Source: Parcubacteria group bacterium (lineage in GTDB: Bacteria; Patescibacteriota; Minisyncoccia; Phycocordibacterales; Phycocordibacteraceae). Taken from it: a stretch of DNA of 64,000 bases. Positions 27,584 through 37,601 of this stretch are shown here, in pieces. The notes beneath the pieces were generated by a model. The model was not told where the DNA came from. It saw only the letters and a list, made by a program, of their open reading frames with translations, and ran no database searches. The stretch lies in the NCBI GenBank assembly GCA_028286615.1, contig JAQBRG010000005.1:913-64912 (forward strand). The letters run 5' to 3'. Made by a program: the position numbers and the translations under genes. The first letter of the stretch is position 1, and each line of letters opens with the position of its first letter.

Positions 27584-28330
27584 TTATTGTGCTACGTACG
27601 AAGCAGGTACGCTTGCGTATGAATCTTTGGTAACAATCACGTGATCTATAAGGTCTATGCCAAGCATGCTGCCAGCTTCAATGAGTTGTTCGGTAACAGC
27701 TACGTCAGCAGGGGAGGCCTCACTAACTCCAGATGGATGGTTGTGCACGAGGATAATAGCGGCTGCAGCGTATTCAAGAGCTGGTCTAAACACTTCTCGA
27801 GGATGTATAAGGTTCGTGTCTATGGTGCCAATGGAAAGGACCTCGTCATGAATTACTTTGTAGTGCCCGTTGAGGTAGAGACCGCGAAGGTGCTCCTTTG
27901 AAAGAGAACGCATGTCTGTGGTGTAATCGTAGACGTCGCTTGCGGTGCGAATGGTTGGAGCTGCGGTTGCGTTCTTCTCAAAGAAACGTCGTCCAAGTTC
28001 GGCACAGGCAACAATTTGCATTGCTTTGCCAATAGGAATATCGAGTTCCTTAGCAAGCGCGTCTGCATCGGTCTGGCGCATGATACTTTTCTCGCCGTAG
28101 TCCTTCATTATGCGAGAAGACATGAGCATAACTTCTTCTTTCTTTGTTCCAGCTGAAAGAAGGATGGCTAGAAGCTCAGTTGTTGAAAGTGCTTGAGGCC
28201 CATTCTCGAGAAGTCGTTCGCGAGGCCGCTCTTCACTCGGAAGATCATTAATTTTAAGCGTGTAGCGGCGCTCTTTATTGCTTCCCATTACAAGGGTGCG
28301 ATCTTGGATTACGTATGGCGAAACTGGCAT
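27584..28330 (-). CDS. radC: JAB/MPN-domain DNA repair protein RadC
   Basis: HNHPSG JAMM motif and N-terminal HhH region. Confidence 0.85.
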   Translation of the reverse strand: MPVSPYVIQDRTLVMGSNKERRYTLKINDLPSEERPRERLLENGPQALSTTELLAILLSAGTKKEEVMLMSSRIMKDYGEKSIMRQTDADALAKELDIPIGKAMQIVACAELGRRFFEKNATAAPTIRTASDVYDYTTDMRSLSKEHLRGLYLNGHYKVIHDEVLSIGTIDTNLIHPREVFRPALEYAAAAIILVHNHPSGVSEASPADVAVTEQLIEAGSMLGIDLIDHVIVTKDSYASVPASYVAQ

Positions 28331-28387
28331 ATACCCTCACTATACCACCCGCACATAACGCTTTCCCGAGGTATACTTAAGATATAT

Positions 28388-29449
28388 ATGAACATGCTTT
28401 GGATTGGTTTAGCCATACTTTTCTTAATCTTTATGCAGGGCATAGGGCTCTGGCTCATAATGCGGCGCAAGGAGAACACTGAAAGCCCAAAAGACGACGG
28501 GGCGGGTCTGATGCTCCTGCAGAATCAGATAGAGAAACTGGAACGAGCACTTGATGCACGCATGGCCGAGTCTTCTCGTGCCGTACACGAGACTATGAGC
28601 TCGCAGCTTGGAGAATCCTCACGACTTATTAAGGAAATCACGCAGGAGATTACGTCTGTTAAAGAGATTGGACGCGAGACAGGCAAGTTCGCGGAACAAC
28701 TCAAGGGTCTCCAGGATATTCTCAAGAATCCAAAGCAGCGCGGTATCCTTGGCGAGTATTATCTCGAGACAGTTCTCAAGAACGTGCTTCCTCCAGGCAT
28801 GTACAAGATGCAGCACCCGTTTCTTAACGGAGAGATTGTGGACGCCGCTGTATATATAAATGACAAGATAGTGCCGATAGACTCCAAGTTCTCACTCGAC
28901 AACTACAACCGGTACATTCACGCAGAAGGTGCAGAGCGCGTAGCACTTGAGAAAGCATTCGTTAACGATCTCAAGCTTCGTATAACTGAGACTGCTAAGT
29001 ACATCCGTCCTGAAGAGGGAACTATGGACTTCGCGTTCATGTTTATCCCTTCAGAAGGTATCTATTACGATCTCCTCACAAATCAGGTTGGCGCAGGAGA
29101 GGAAGAGAACCTTATACAACGCGCATCTTCCAAGTACAAAGTTATTATCGTTTCCCCAACATCCTTCCTCGCATACCTTCAAACAGTTATGCAGGGACTT
29201 AAAGCGCTTCAGATTGAGAAGCAGGCAGAAGAGATTCAGAAGAGAGTAGGAGAGCTTGGAAAGCACCTTGGCTCATACGAAGATTTTTATAAAAAGCTTG
29301 GCGTGTCTCTTGGCACCGCAGTCTCTCATTACAATGCGGGATACAAAGAGCTCGGGAAAGTAGATAAGGATGTGTACCGCATAACGGCTCAGAAGATTGG
29401 TATGGAGGTTGATCTGCTAGAGAAACCGGGAGCAGGAATAGAGGATTAA
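28388..29449 (+). CDS. rmuC: DNA recombination protein RmuC
   Basis: N-terminal TM, coiled-coil, QRGILGEYYLETVL and FMFIPSEGIYYD motifs of the RmuC family. Start moved to the internal ATG to avoid overlapping radC. Confidence 0.8.
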   Translation: MNMLWIGLAILFLIFMQGIGLWLIMRRKENTESPKDDGAGLMLLQNQIEKLERALDARMAESSRAVHETMSSQLGESSRLIKEITQEITSVKEIGRETGKFAEQLKGLQDILKNPKQRGILGEYYLETVLKNVLPPGMYKMQHPFLNGEIVDAAVYINDKIVPIDSKFSLDNYNRYIHAEGAERVALEKAFVNDLKLRITETAKYIRPEEGTMDFAFMFIPSEGIYYDLLTNQVGAGEEENLIQRASSKYKVIIVSPTSFLAYLQTVMQGLKALQIEKQAEEIQKRVGELGKHLGSYEDFYKKLGVSLGTAVSHYNAGYKELGKVDKDVYRITAQKIGMEVDLLEKPGAGIED

Positions 29450-29487
29450 AATAGTCGCACCCCCTCCGTGAGGAAAGGGTGCGTAGT

Positions 29488-29712
29488 TCAGGAGAACGTT
29501 TCTCCTATTTTCTTGAGCGCTTTCTTGATCTCGTTCAGAGACCCCTGGCTCGCATTTCTGAGGCGCAGGAAGTCGAACTCAGACATCACGACCAGATTGC
29601 CGACGGTCTTGATGTCGTTTTCCTCGAGAATGCCGAGCGTTCTCTTGGACAGCGGGCCCAGAATACTAATGGGCTGGGACCAGGAATTGCCTGGCGTAAC
29701 CGAATTGCTCAT
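29488..29712 (-). CDS. stand-alone RNA polymerase alpha-subunit C-terminal-domain-like (HhH) protein
   Basis: 74 aa: LSKRTLGILEENDIKTVGNLV..SEFDFLRLRNASQGSLNEIKKAL resembles the RpoA alpha-CTD helix-hairpin-helix. Confidence 0.45.
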   Translation of the reverse strand: MSNSVTPGNSWSQPISILGPLSKRTLGILEENDIKTVGNLVVMSEFDFLRLRNASQGSLNEIKKALKKIGETFS

Positions 29713-29814
29713 GGGGTACCTCCTGAAGCTATATTAACATAATTATTACATAAGTCAATTAATACATATCAGAGTCTTGCGTTTTGGCCCTGAAACCCGT
29801 ACAGTAGGGGAACT

Positions 29815-30147
29815 ATGGAATTGGCTGTAATTAAGACGGGCGGAAAGCAGTATGTGGTGTCTCCAGGCGCTCTCGTAACCATCGAGAAGCTTGGTACTGG
29901 CGCTTCTACGCTTGAGCTCAAGAAAGGCGACACAGTAACCTTTGACGAGGTTCTTATGACCGACAATGGCAAGGATACCGTTATCGGTACTCCTTCAGTT
30001 GCTGGGGCTAAGGTAACCGGCACCGTACAGGTTATTGGCCGCAACAAGAAAATCGAGGTGGTGAAATACAAGGCTAAGAGTAACTATTTCAAGCGCCGCG
30101 GACATCGCCAGCCGCACATCAAAGTTAAGATCGACAAGATCGGATAA
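29815..30147 (+). CDS. rplU: 50S ribosomal protein L21
   Basis: AVIKTGGKQY...V.......V.KYK....Y.KR.GHRQ bL21 signature. Confidence 0.9.
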   Translation: MELAVIKTGGKQYVVSPGALVTIEKLGTGASTLELKKGDTVTFDEVLMTDNGKDTVIGTPSVAGAKVTGTVQVIGRNKKIEVVKYKAKSNYFKRRGHRQPHIKVKIDKIG

Positions 30148-30229
30148 GGAAATTCCCGCAAATGTGGGATTTTTCTTTATCTTCGTGTTATTGTCCTTCC
30201 AGAAATTCACCATCTTCTAGGAGATTGCA

Positions 30230-30535
30230 ATGCCCTCGATCTTTTTCTCGTTTCCGTTCCTCGTCGTCAGCCTTTTGGTGTCTATGGCCATTCTCGGCAT
30301 CATCGCCGGCCTTTGGAAGTCCGCGGAGAAGCTCGTTTTCTTCCTGTGCCTGCTGAACGTCACGGCTGCATTCTTCGTTGTTGCCCAGAAATTTCCTATC
30401 GGGCATCTAAGCCACGTGCTCTGCATGGTTGCCTACATCGCGCTCAGCTTTGTAATTCTTCTGATAAGCGCACCGCCAACACGAATGGCCCTGTACCTGT
30501 ACTACACCCGGAACACCTCGAAACACTTGAGCTAG
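30230..30535 (+). CDS. hypothetical small membrane protein
   Basis: 101 aa with three hydrophobic segments; followed by an intrinsic terminator. Confidence 0.35.
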   Translation: MPSIFFSFPFLVVSLLVSMAILGIIAGLWKSAEKLVFFLCLLNVTAAFFVVAQKFPIGHLSHVLCMVAYIALSFVILLISAPPTRMALYLYYTRNTSKHLS

Positions 30536-30563
30536 ACTTCGCACCAATCTCTTACCAAAGAGG

Positions 30564-30592
30564 GAAGCCCGATCACTCGGGCTTTTTCCTTT
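30564..30592 (+). terminator. intrinsic terminator
   Basis: aagcccg atcact cgggctt followed by tttcctttt. Confidence 0.55.
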
Positions 30593-30742
30593 TCATATCT
30601 TTTACAATATCAGCGAAGCAAAGTTTACAGATATGGAGTTTCTTAACCATGCGTTGAGCGTTCGGAGGACTAAAAGGATTGCACCAAAGTCTGTTAATTC
30701 CTTGTGACAACGATCGCAGGTTGGTCTTATTGCCATAAATAT

Positions 30743-30898
30743 CTAATTAGCGCTCACCGTACTCTCAATACCGCACCAAGGACAGAACCATTTCTCCTTA
30801 TCCTTCGGCGCGTCTCCAATGCTCCACCATTTCTTACACGCTCCGCATTGAAAGTGCACAAGCTGTTCCATAGATGTCTTATGAGATTTGTCTTCCAT
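30743..30898 (-). CDS. small zinc-ribbon protein (CxxC...CxxC), 51 aa, directly downstream of recR
   Basis: Manual translation: MEDKSHKTSMEQLVHFQCGACKKWWSIGDAPKDKEKWFCPWCGIESTVSAN. Too short for the supplied ORF track. Its ATG is 4 nt after the recR stop. Confidence 0.4.
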   Translation of the reverse strand: MEDKSHKTSMEQLVHFQCGACKKWWSIGDAPKDKEKWFCPWCGIESTVSAN

Positions 30899-30901
30899 GG
30901 C

Positions 30902-31507
30902 TTAGGTTTCTTTGCGGTTAGCGAGAGCACCTGAAAGTGTTTCTGCATCTGAATACTCAAGTTCAGAACCAGTTGCAAGGCCTCGTCCAAGTGCTGAGAT
31001 ACGAATAGTCGCACGAAGCGGTTGCAACACTTCGCGTACGCGGTCTGCCGTATTTTCGCCTTCGCTCGTTGCAGAAAGGGCGAGCACAATCTCTTGAAGC
31101 CCAGTCTTTGAACGTGCTTCAACAACACGTATTAAATCTCGTTCTCGAATAACACCTTTGCCTGAGAGGGTTATAACCCCGCCAAGGACAAAGTATCGGC
31201 CACGATATGCATTCGCCCGTTCAACCGCTGCAAGATCCTGGTCTTTCTCAACAACCATTAATAAGGAATCGTCCCGGCTGCGATCTGCACAGTAGCTACA
31301 GAGTTCTTCTGGGCTGGTTGGTGCAAAGCGCATGCACATACGGCACTGGCGAATATCGTTTCCAAGGGTAAGCAGAAGATCTGCAATACGAGAACGATCT
31401 GCAGGAGGCACGGTTAGAAGGTAGTACACAAAGCGTTTTGCCTGCCTTGGGCCTATGCCAGGGAAGCGTTCGAACGCACGCGAAAGGTCTTCAATACGAT
31501 CCGCCAT
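30902..31507 (-). CDS. recR: recombination protein RecR
   Basis: HhH motif, C4 zinc finger CRMC...CSYC, Toprim domain. Confidence 0.9.
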   Translation of the reverse strand: MADRIEDLSRAFERFPGIGPRQAKRFVYYLLTVPPADRSRIADLLLTLGNDIRQCRMCMRFAPTSPEELCSYCADRSRDDSLLMVVEKDQDLAAVERANAYRGRYFVLGGVITLSGKGVIRERDLIRVVEARSKTGLQEIVLALSATSEGENTADRVREVLQPLRATIRISALGRGLATGSELEYSDAETLSGALANRKET

Positions 31508-31509
31508 AT

Positions 31510-32874
31510 CTAAAATTCGCTAGCTAAGCTCCCGTATCCAGAACGATCCATGGGAAGGAAGCTGGTACGCTTCTCATCGAAGATAAGCTCAACACTTCCC
31601 GTAGGTCCGTTACGATGCTTCTCAACAAGGATCTCAGCCACGTTGTGCCTATCGCTATCCGGATTCCCCTTGTCTTCGCGATGTATGAACATAACAACGT
31701 CCGCGTCCTGCTCAATAGAACCTGAGTCTCGAAGGTCTGAGAGGCGAGGCTTTCCTCCGCGCTGCTCAACGGCACGAGAGAGCTGTGAGAGGGCAAGCAC
31801 AGGCACCTCAAGCTCGCGAGCAAGCTGCTTGAGGGAGCGAGAGATTTCTGTAACCTGCTGCACCATAGAGTCTGAAGACTTGGTACTTGTGGGAGCCATG
31901 AGCTGAAGATAGTCCACGATGATAAGACCGATACCGCGTTCACGTTTCAAACGGCGAGCAACGGCACGCATGGCAAGAATGTTGTTTGCAGGCTTGTCAT
32001 CAATATAGATAGGAGCCTTGGAGAGAGACTCGAGCGCGTCACGAATCTTTGCAAAATCGTCCTCAGTGTTAACCGCTCCGGTGCGAATCTTCCATGAGTT
32101 CACATAGGACTCAGCAGAAAGCATACGGTCAATGATCTGCTCTGAACTCATCTCGAGCGAGAAGATACCAACTGGTACGTTGTGCTGTACTGCTGCGTTA
32201 CGTGCGATGTTAAGCGCGAACGATGTCTTTCCCACGGATGGACGAGCCGCAAGGATAATAAGGTCGGAAGGATGAAGTCCTGAGAGAAGATTGTCGAGGT
32301 CAGGGAAGCCGGTTGGCGTTCCGCGAATTGCTCCGTCGTTCTTAGACATGGCCTCAATACGCTCCATGGTCTCGATAGCTTTCTCTGAGATAGCAACGAA
32401 CTTGTGTGACGCTGAAGCGTTTCCAATAGCGTAGATAGATTTCTCAGCGTGGTCTAGAACCTCCGCTGTCTCTCGTCCGTCTTCGTACGCCATCTCGGTA
32501 ATCTCGTGCGAGGTATCGATAAGAGAACGCATAACATGCTTTCGAGATACGAGATCTGCGTAGTGATGAAAGTTGCCAGGGGTAGGGGCTTGGCTCGCAA
32601 GTTCTGCAATATACGCACGTCCTCCTACGCGCTCAAGAACACCGCGGTCGTTCAAGCGCTCGCCAAGCGAAAGCATATCGATAGGTTCGCCGCGATCTGT
32701 GAGTTCGCGCATCGCTTCGAATATAAGCTGGTGCTTTTCTGCGTAAAAGGAATCAGCCTTCACGATGTCGGACACATCATGAATAGCATCTGGTTTAAGG
32801 AGGAGGGAACCTAAGAGTGCACGTTCAGAATCAAGACTCTGAGGAGGAACGCGCATCGCTGAGTTCTGGGCCAT
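31510..32874 (-). CDS. dnaB: replicative DNA helicase DnaB
   Basis: Walker A GKTSFALN, DnaB N-terminal domain, RecA-like motifs H1-H4. Confidence 0.9.
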   Translation of the reverse strand: MAQNSAMRVPPQSLDSERALLGSLLLKPDAIHDVSDIVKADSFYAEKHQLIFEAMRELTDRGEPIDMLSLGERLNDRGVLERVGGRAYIAELASQAPTPGNFHHYADLVSRKHVMRSLIDTSHEITEMAYEDGRETAEVLDHAEKSIYAIGNASASHKFVAISEKAIETMERIEAMSKNDGAIRGTPTGFPDLDNLLSGLHPSDLIILAARPSVGKTSFALNIARNAAVQHNVPVGIFSLEMSSEQIIDRMLSAESYVNSWKIRTGAVNTEDDFAKIRDALESLSKAPIYIDDKPANNILAMRAVARRLKRERGIGLIIVDYLQLMAPTSTKSSDSMVQQVTEISRSLKQLARELEVPVLALSQLSRAVEQRGGKPRLSDLRDSGSIEQDADVVMFIHREDKGNPDSDRHNVAEILVEKHRNGPTGSVELIFDEKRTSFLPMDRSGYGSLASEF

Positions 32875-32887
32875 TCCCTCAATTGTA

Positions 32888-34363
32888 TCAACCGGGCCTC
32901 TTGGTGACTATGGTGCCAGAAGGGGTGTCATCAACACGATATCCCCTGTTCTCTATGTGGATACGTATTTCGTCTGAACGTGCAAAATCCTGAGAAAGGC
33001 GCGCAGCGTCTCGTTCTTGAGCTAACTTCTGTATGTCTGCCGGAATAGGAGCTGGAGCTTCAGAGCGGGGAGGGTGCGTAAGAGAAAGCCCGAGCACTTC
33101 TTCTGCTGAGGTAACAACACCCCATATTTGTGGGTGCGAGAGGTCGTCGTCCTTAAGAACATCCCACAGAAGTGCCAGAGCTTTTGGTGTAGCAAGATCG
33201 TTCCTGAGTGTTGCAACCATGGTGCGGCTCGCATCCGAAGGGAGAGTGCGTCCCTTAGAGCTAACCTTCGCTTCGCGGGCTAGTCTCCAGAGTTTGTGGA
33301 GTGCCTCGTTAGACGCAGCGAGCGCTTCCCAGGTGAAATCTATAGGAGTGCGGTAGTGCGCCTGGAGGAAGAAATAGCGAAGAGCAAGCGGGTGATATCC
33401 GCGTTCGATAATATCGGATACATACACATCGTTGCCTAAAGACTTCGAAATCTTTTCGTCTTTGAGCGTAACGAATGCCTCGTGTAGCCAGTAGCGCGCG
33501 AGAGGTTTTCCGTTAGCCGCTTCAGACTGCGCAATCTCGTTGTTGTGATGCACTGGTATGTGGTCTATGCCTCCCGTGTGGATGTCTATAGTAATACCAA
33601 GTAATGCATGAATCATGGCCGAACATTCGATATGCCAGCCTGGAAAGCCGTAACCCCAAGGAGAATTCCATTCCTGAAGACGTCTTGAGTCAGCGTTTGA
33701 GAACTTCCATAATGCAAAGTCTGCTGGATGTTTCTTTTCTTTGTTTTCAGCTATACGTCGCCCAATGCTTGAAAGCGCTTCTTCGCGAGACAGTACACCA
33801 TGTATGTTTCCAAGTTTGCCGTAATCTCCGAACTTGGAAGTATCAAAATAGATGCCATCTTGTGTGGCATAGGTAAATCCTTTTTTCTCTAGAATTTGTG
33901 TAAGAGCTATCTGCTCCTTTATATATTCAGTTGCGCGAGGGAAAAGAATAGACCCAGTGTCCAGATTGAGAAGCTGGATATCTTCCAAGAACATTTTGGT
34001 GTATCGATCTGCCACTTGCTTCGCACTTAATCCTTCACGTTTGGCACCCAGGGCCATTTTGTCTTCTCCGCTGTCTGCGTCGGCAACTAAGTGTCCTACG
34101 TCTGTGATATTCATAACGCGTCGTACTTGGTACCCGGCCTGCATAAGCACTCGAGCAACCAAATCTGAAAAGACAGGTGCTTTCATGTTCCCGATATGCA
34201 TCTTGCTGTATACCGTTGGTCCGCAGGAATACATAGACACCTGCCCAACCTTTTGCGGAGAGAATATTTCTCTGTTGCCGGAAAGCGTATTTGTAAAGAA
34301 TACCGGTGCGTTTAAGAGGGTCGGCTTGCTTTCTTTGGAGAATAGATTCGAGAACCAGGACAT
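32888..34363 (-). CDS. cysS: cysteinyl-tRNA synthetase
   Basis: HIGN (HIGH) and KISKSLGN (KMSKS) motifs. Start set to the ATG at 34363 (MSWFSNLF...), which avoids overlap with corA. Confidence 0.85.
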   Translation of the reverse strand: MSWFSNLFSKESKPTLLNAPVFFTNTLSGNREIFSPQKVGQVSMYSCGPTVYSKMHIGNMKAPVFSDLVARVLMQAGYQVRRVMNITDVGHLVADADSGEDKMALGAKREGLSAKQVADRYTKMFLEDIQLLNLDTGSILFPRATEYIKEQIALTQILEKKGFTYATQDGIYFDTSKFGDYGKLGNIHGVLSREEALSSIGRRIAENKEKKHPADFALWKFSNADSRRLQEWNSPWGYGFPGWHIECSAMIHALLGITIDIHTGGIDHIPVHHNNEIAQSEAANGKPLARYWLHEAFVTLKDEKISKSLGNDVYVSDIIERGYHPLALRYFFLQAHYRTPIDFTWEALAASNEALHKLWRLAREAKVSSKGRTLPSDASRTMVATLRNDLATPKALALLWDVLKDDDLSHPQIWGVVTSAEEVLGLSLTHPPRSEAPAPIPADIQKLAQERDAARLSQDFARSDEIRIHIENRGYRVDDTPSGTIVTKRPG

Positions 34364-34380
34364 GCCCAAAACTATACCAT

Positions 34381-35298
34381 TTATAGCCAGCGCTTCAGAC
34401 GGAAGAACGTAAAGGAGAGAATACCTGCAATAGCCATGATGCAAAGAATCTTCCAGAAACCAATAGGATCGTTCGTAAACGGCATGTGGATTACATTCAT
34501 ACCGAATATAGATGCGACAAGCGTAAGGGGAAGAGCACCCACGGCCATAACCGTAAATGTCTTCATAACCTGGTTTTGAGAAGAGGAGAGGAGTGAGTCA
34601 TTCGTAACACGAAGTTCGGTTGCAACGGCACGATACGAAGAGACAAGTGCAGCAGCATGTTTTCGTTCTGCTTCAATGTGCGCAGCGTGTGGGACAAACT
34701 GCTTGCCGAAGAACTCGGGGGCACCAAGATTGGTAAGGAAGATGTTTAGCGGCTCCTCATGTCTTGTTAGCGTTGTCTCAAAACGAAGAAGACTACGGCC
34801 GGCTTCAGATATAGTGCGCACTGTCTGACGTTCTTTGCCAGCGAAAATATCTTTCTCAATACGCTCAAGCATGCGTGCAGACTGCTCTGCCTCGCTACTA
34901 ATTGCCGCATAGAGTCTGCGCATAACCCGCTCGAGAAGTTCTGCAGTCTTAGAACCTTTCTCAGGAATGCCGAGTAACTCTTCTGCCTCAAATACCTTAT
35001 GGAGGTTGTATATAGACTCGATTGTTTCGTATCTCGAGGTTATGAGGAAGTTCTTGCCGATGATGAAATCAACCTCTTGAATACGTGTCTCGCCCTTAGA
35101 TTCAGCAGTAGGGAAGTGCAGGATTATATATAGGTACTCAGGAGCTGAGATGGTGAGGGGGTAGGGAGTAGGGGAAATGATCTCCTCTTCGATACGAGGA
35201 TCAATGTTGAATTCCTGCATTATGCCCGCAAGTTCTTCAGAAGTGGGGGACTCCAAATCTATCCAAGTAGTGTTGCCGCGCTCATGGCGAGTGATCAT
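34381..35298 (-). CDS. corA: CorA-family magnesium/cobalt transporter
   Basis: C-terminal two TM helices with the GMN motif (IFGMNV). Confidence 0.8.
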   Translation of the reverse strand: MITRHERGNTTWIDLESPTSEELAGIMQEFNIDPRIEEEIISPTPYPLTISAPEYLYIILHFPTAESKGETRIQEVDFIIGKNFLITSRYETIESIYNLHKVFEAEELLGIPEKGSKTAELLERVMRRLYAAISSEAEQSARMLERIEKDIFAGKERQTVRTISEAGRSLLRFETTLTRHEEPLNIFLTNLGAPEFFGKQFVPHAAHIEAERKHAAALVSSYRAVATELRVTNDSLLSSSQNQVMKTFTVMAVGALPLTLVASIFGMNVIHMPFTNDPIGFWKILCIMAIAGILSFTFFRLKRWL

Positions 35299-35331
35299 GT
35301 CTGAAGTATAGCAATAGAGTCACAGTAAAAA

Positions 35332-36636
35332 GTGATATACTGTTCATATATGTATGAAGACGACGCAGATCTCGGGGAAAAAGTAGAGGGAGATAAGAAA
35401 AGTGTGTGGGAGAGTCTGCGTTCTTTTCGTTTTGCAGCAGCACTCGCGCTCATGCTCGCCATCGGTTTTGCAGGCGGCATCTCAGTTAATGCTGAAGGCG
35501 CAACTCGCGTTCTCTCAAATATAGCCGCGCTCGGAGGCGGACTCGATGCAACTCCTGCAGAAGACGCAGACCTGACCGATTTTTGGAAAGCATGGAATAC
35601 GCTTGATGGACGTTTCGTACAAACTCATGCCTCCTCAACACTCCCGGGTTCCAAAGAGAAACTGTGGGGAGCTATCCAAGGCCTCGCTGATTCCTACGGC
35701 GACCCGTACACCGTATTCATGCCTCCTTCTGAGGCAAAGGTCTTCCAGGAGGACATCAAAGGAAACTTTGAAGGTGTTGGTATGGAGATAGGAGAGAAGG
35801 ACGGCATTCTTACCGTTATCGCGCCTCTCAAAGACACTCCAGCAGAGCGTGCAGGACTTCGCCCGGGCGACGGCATCCTTGCGATTGACGGCACGTCTAC
35901 TGACGGACTTTCAACAGACGAAGCCATTAAGCTCATTCGCGGACCAAAGGGGTCTATTGTTACGTTCCGCATCTTCCGTGCAGGAGAGATAAGCGACTTC
36001 AAGGTTACGCGCGACACTATCCAAGTTCCAACCATTAAGGAAGACCTTGATAAGGCTTCTGGTGTGTACACCATCGCTCTCTACACCTTTACGGCAAACT
36101 CTGGAGACCTATTCGCTAGAGCAATCTCTAACTTCAACGCCTCGGGTTCTAAGAAACTCATTATCGATCTTCGTGGAGACCCGGGTGGCTACCTTGAAGC
36201 TGCCGTTTCTATCGCAAGCAACTTCCTTCCAGAAGGTGCGGTTGTGGTAACGGAAGACTACAAGGGCAAGCAAGAAAACATTGTGCACCGAAGCACTGGC
36301 AAGGGAACTATCGGAAAGGATGTGAAAGTAGCCATCCTTATAGACCAGGGCTCAGCGTCTGCGTCAGAGATTCTCTCAGGAGCACTTCAAGACGCTAAGA
36401 TTGCAACCCTCATTGGTACTCGCTCATTCGGAAAGGGCTCAGTACAAGAACTTGTTAACATCAATGGCGGCGCACTTAAGGTTACAGTTGCTCGTTGGCT
36501 CACTCCATCAGGTCGCTCTATCTCAGATGGAGGCCTCACTGCAGACATCAAAGCAGACCTTACGGTTGAAGATGTGAAGGCAGGGAAGGACCCTCAGAAG
36601 GCACGCGCCATTGAGTTCCTAACTACTGGGAAATAA
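35332..36636 (+). CDS. ctpA: carboxyl-terminal processing peptidase (S41 family) with PDZ domain
   Basis: PDZ segment, DLRGDPGGYL and GTRSFGKGSVQ S41 catalytic signatures. Confidence 0.8.
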   Translation: MIYCSYMYEDDADLGEKVEGDKKSVWESLRSFRFAAALALMLAIGFAGGISVNAEGATRVLSNIAALGGGLDATPAEDADLTDFWKAWNTLDGRFVQTHASSTLPGSKEKLWGAIQGLADSYGDPYTVFMPPSEAKVFQEDIKGNFEGVGMEIGEKDGILTVIAPLKDTPAERAGLRPGDGILAIDGTSTDGLSTDEAIKLIRGPKGSIVTFRIFRAGEISDFKVTRDTIQVPTIKEDLDKASGVYTIALYTFTANSGDLFARAISNFNASGSKKLIIDLRGDPGGYLEAAVSIASNFLPEGAVVVTEDYKGKQENIVHRSTGKGTIGKDVKVAILIDQGSASASEILSGALQDAKIATLIGTRSFGKGSVQELVNINGGALKVTVARWLTPSGRSISDGGLTADIKADLTVEDVKAGKDPQKARAIEFLTTGK

Positions 36637-36679
36637 ATATAAACAAACAGGGCTGCACTATAGATGTGCAGCCCCTTGT

Positions 36680-37003
36680 TTATAGCTCAGCCAATCCGAA
36701 GACCAACACACCTCGTCGCTGCTGATCCCTTCTGGGATAAAGTTCAGATAAGCGTCGCATAATTTCATGAACCGGAACGCCAGGAGCAATAAGCTCTGGA
36801 GGTTCTGTCCGCATCATCGAAAAGAAATCAGAATAGCTACGAATAGCAGTGACGCGCCTTTTTACTTGACGGTTGAAGACGAGAACGTCACCGGTCTTAA
36901 TCTTTAGAGTTCGGTCATCCTTCACTCTAATTTCAAGAGCCTTACCCCGTTTGAAAAGGGGCATTACGTCGTTTGCAATTCGCAAGTCGTGCTCACAAGA
37001 CAT
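36680..37003 (-). CDS. ASCH-domain protein
   Basis: 107 aa; KRGKALEIRVKDDRTLKIKTGDVLVF resembles the ASCH beta-barrel GxKxxExR motif. Confidence 0.55.
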   Translation of the reverse strand: MSCEHDLRIANDVMPLFKRGKALEIRVKDDRTLKIKTGDVLVFNRQVKRRVTAIRSYSDFFSMMRTEPPELIAPGVPVHEIMRRLSELYPRRDQQRRGVLVFGLAEL

Positions 37004-37105
37004 CGCTTTCCCCTTTTCCGAATCTGAGTAGAATAAAACACACTTTACCCTAGATGTCGAGAATAAATTGCAATAGCTCGTACAAAAGAGTAAACTAGCC
37101 CCACT

Positions 37106-37531
37106 ATGAAAGTCATTTTAACCAAGGACGTGAAAGCAACAGGGAAGGGAGGCAGTATCGTTGAATGCGCTGATGGGCACGCAATGAACTTCCTTATTCC
37201 TCGTGGCCTCGCTATTCCGGCAACCGCAGCAAACCTCAAGAAGGCTGAAACCTTCAAACAGCAGGAAACCGATCGCAAGGAACTAGACCACAAGCTAGTA
37301 TCAGCGCGTATCGCAGCTCTTGCTGAGGAACGTATTGTTATCAAGAAAAAGGCAAACGACAAGGGACACCTATACGATGCTGTCGATGCGGCTGAGATTG
37401 CTGCGGCAACAGATCTTCCTGAGGAAGCTATAAAGCTTGAAAAGCCTATTAAGGATCTTGGAGAGATTGAAGTACCTGTCGCTATTGGCGAAGTATTCGG
37501 AAAGATAACGGTTGTTATCGAAGCAGAGTAG
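37106..37531 (+). CDS. rplI: 50S ribosomal protein L9
   Basis: [36 protein letters not shown] bL9 N-domain and C-domain. Confidence 0.9.
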   Translation: MKVILTKDVKATGKGGSIVECADGHAMNFLIPRGLAIPATAANLKKAETFKQQETDRKELDHKLVSARIAALAEERIVIKKKANDKGHLYDAVDAAEIAAATDLPEEAIKLEKPIKDLGEIEVPVAIGEVFGKITVVIEAE

Positions 37532-37551
37532 TTAAAGATACAAACGTAAAA

Positions 37552-37585
37552 AGAGACGCTCCTCCTGGGGCGTCTCTTTGTTTTG
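37552..37585. terminator. bidirectional intrinsic terminator shared by rplI and the convergent high-GC gene
   Basis: agagacgc ... gcgtctct stem followed by ttgttttg. Confidence 0.6.
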
Positions 37586-37601
37586 TGTTGCGGTGTTGAA
37601 T

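Noticed and set aside
28193-28387. N-terminal 65-aa extension of the rmuC ORF
   Set aside because: It overlaps the 5' end of radC on the opposite strand. The internal ATG at 28388 is followed by a typical RmuC TM segment.
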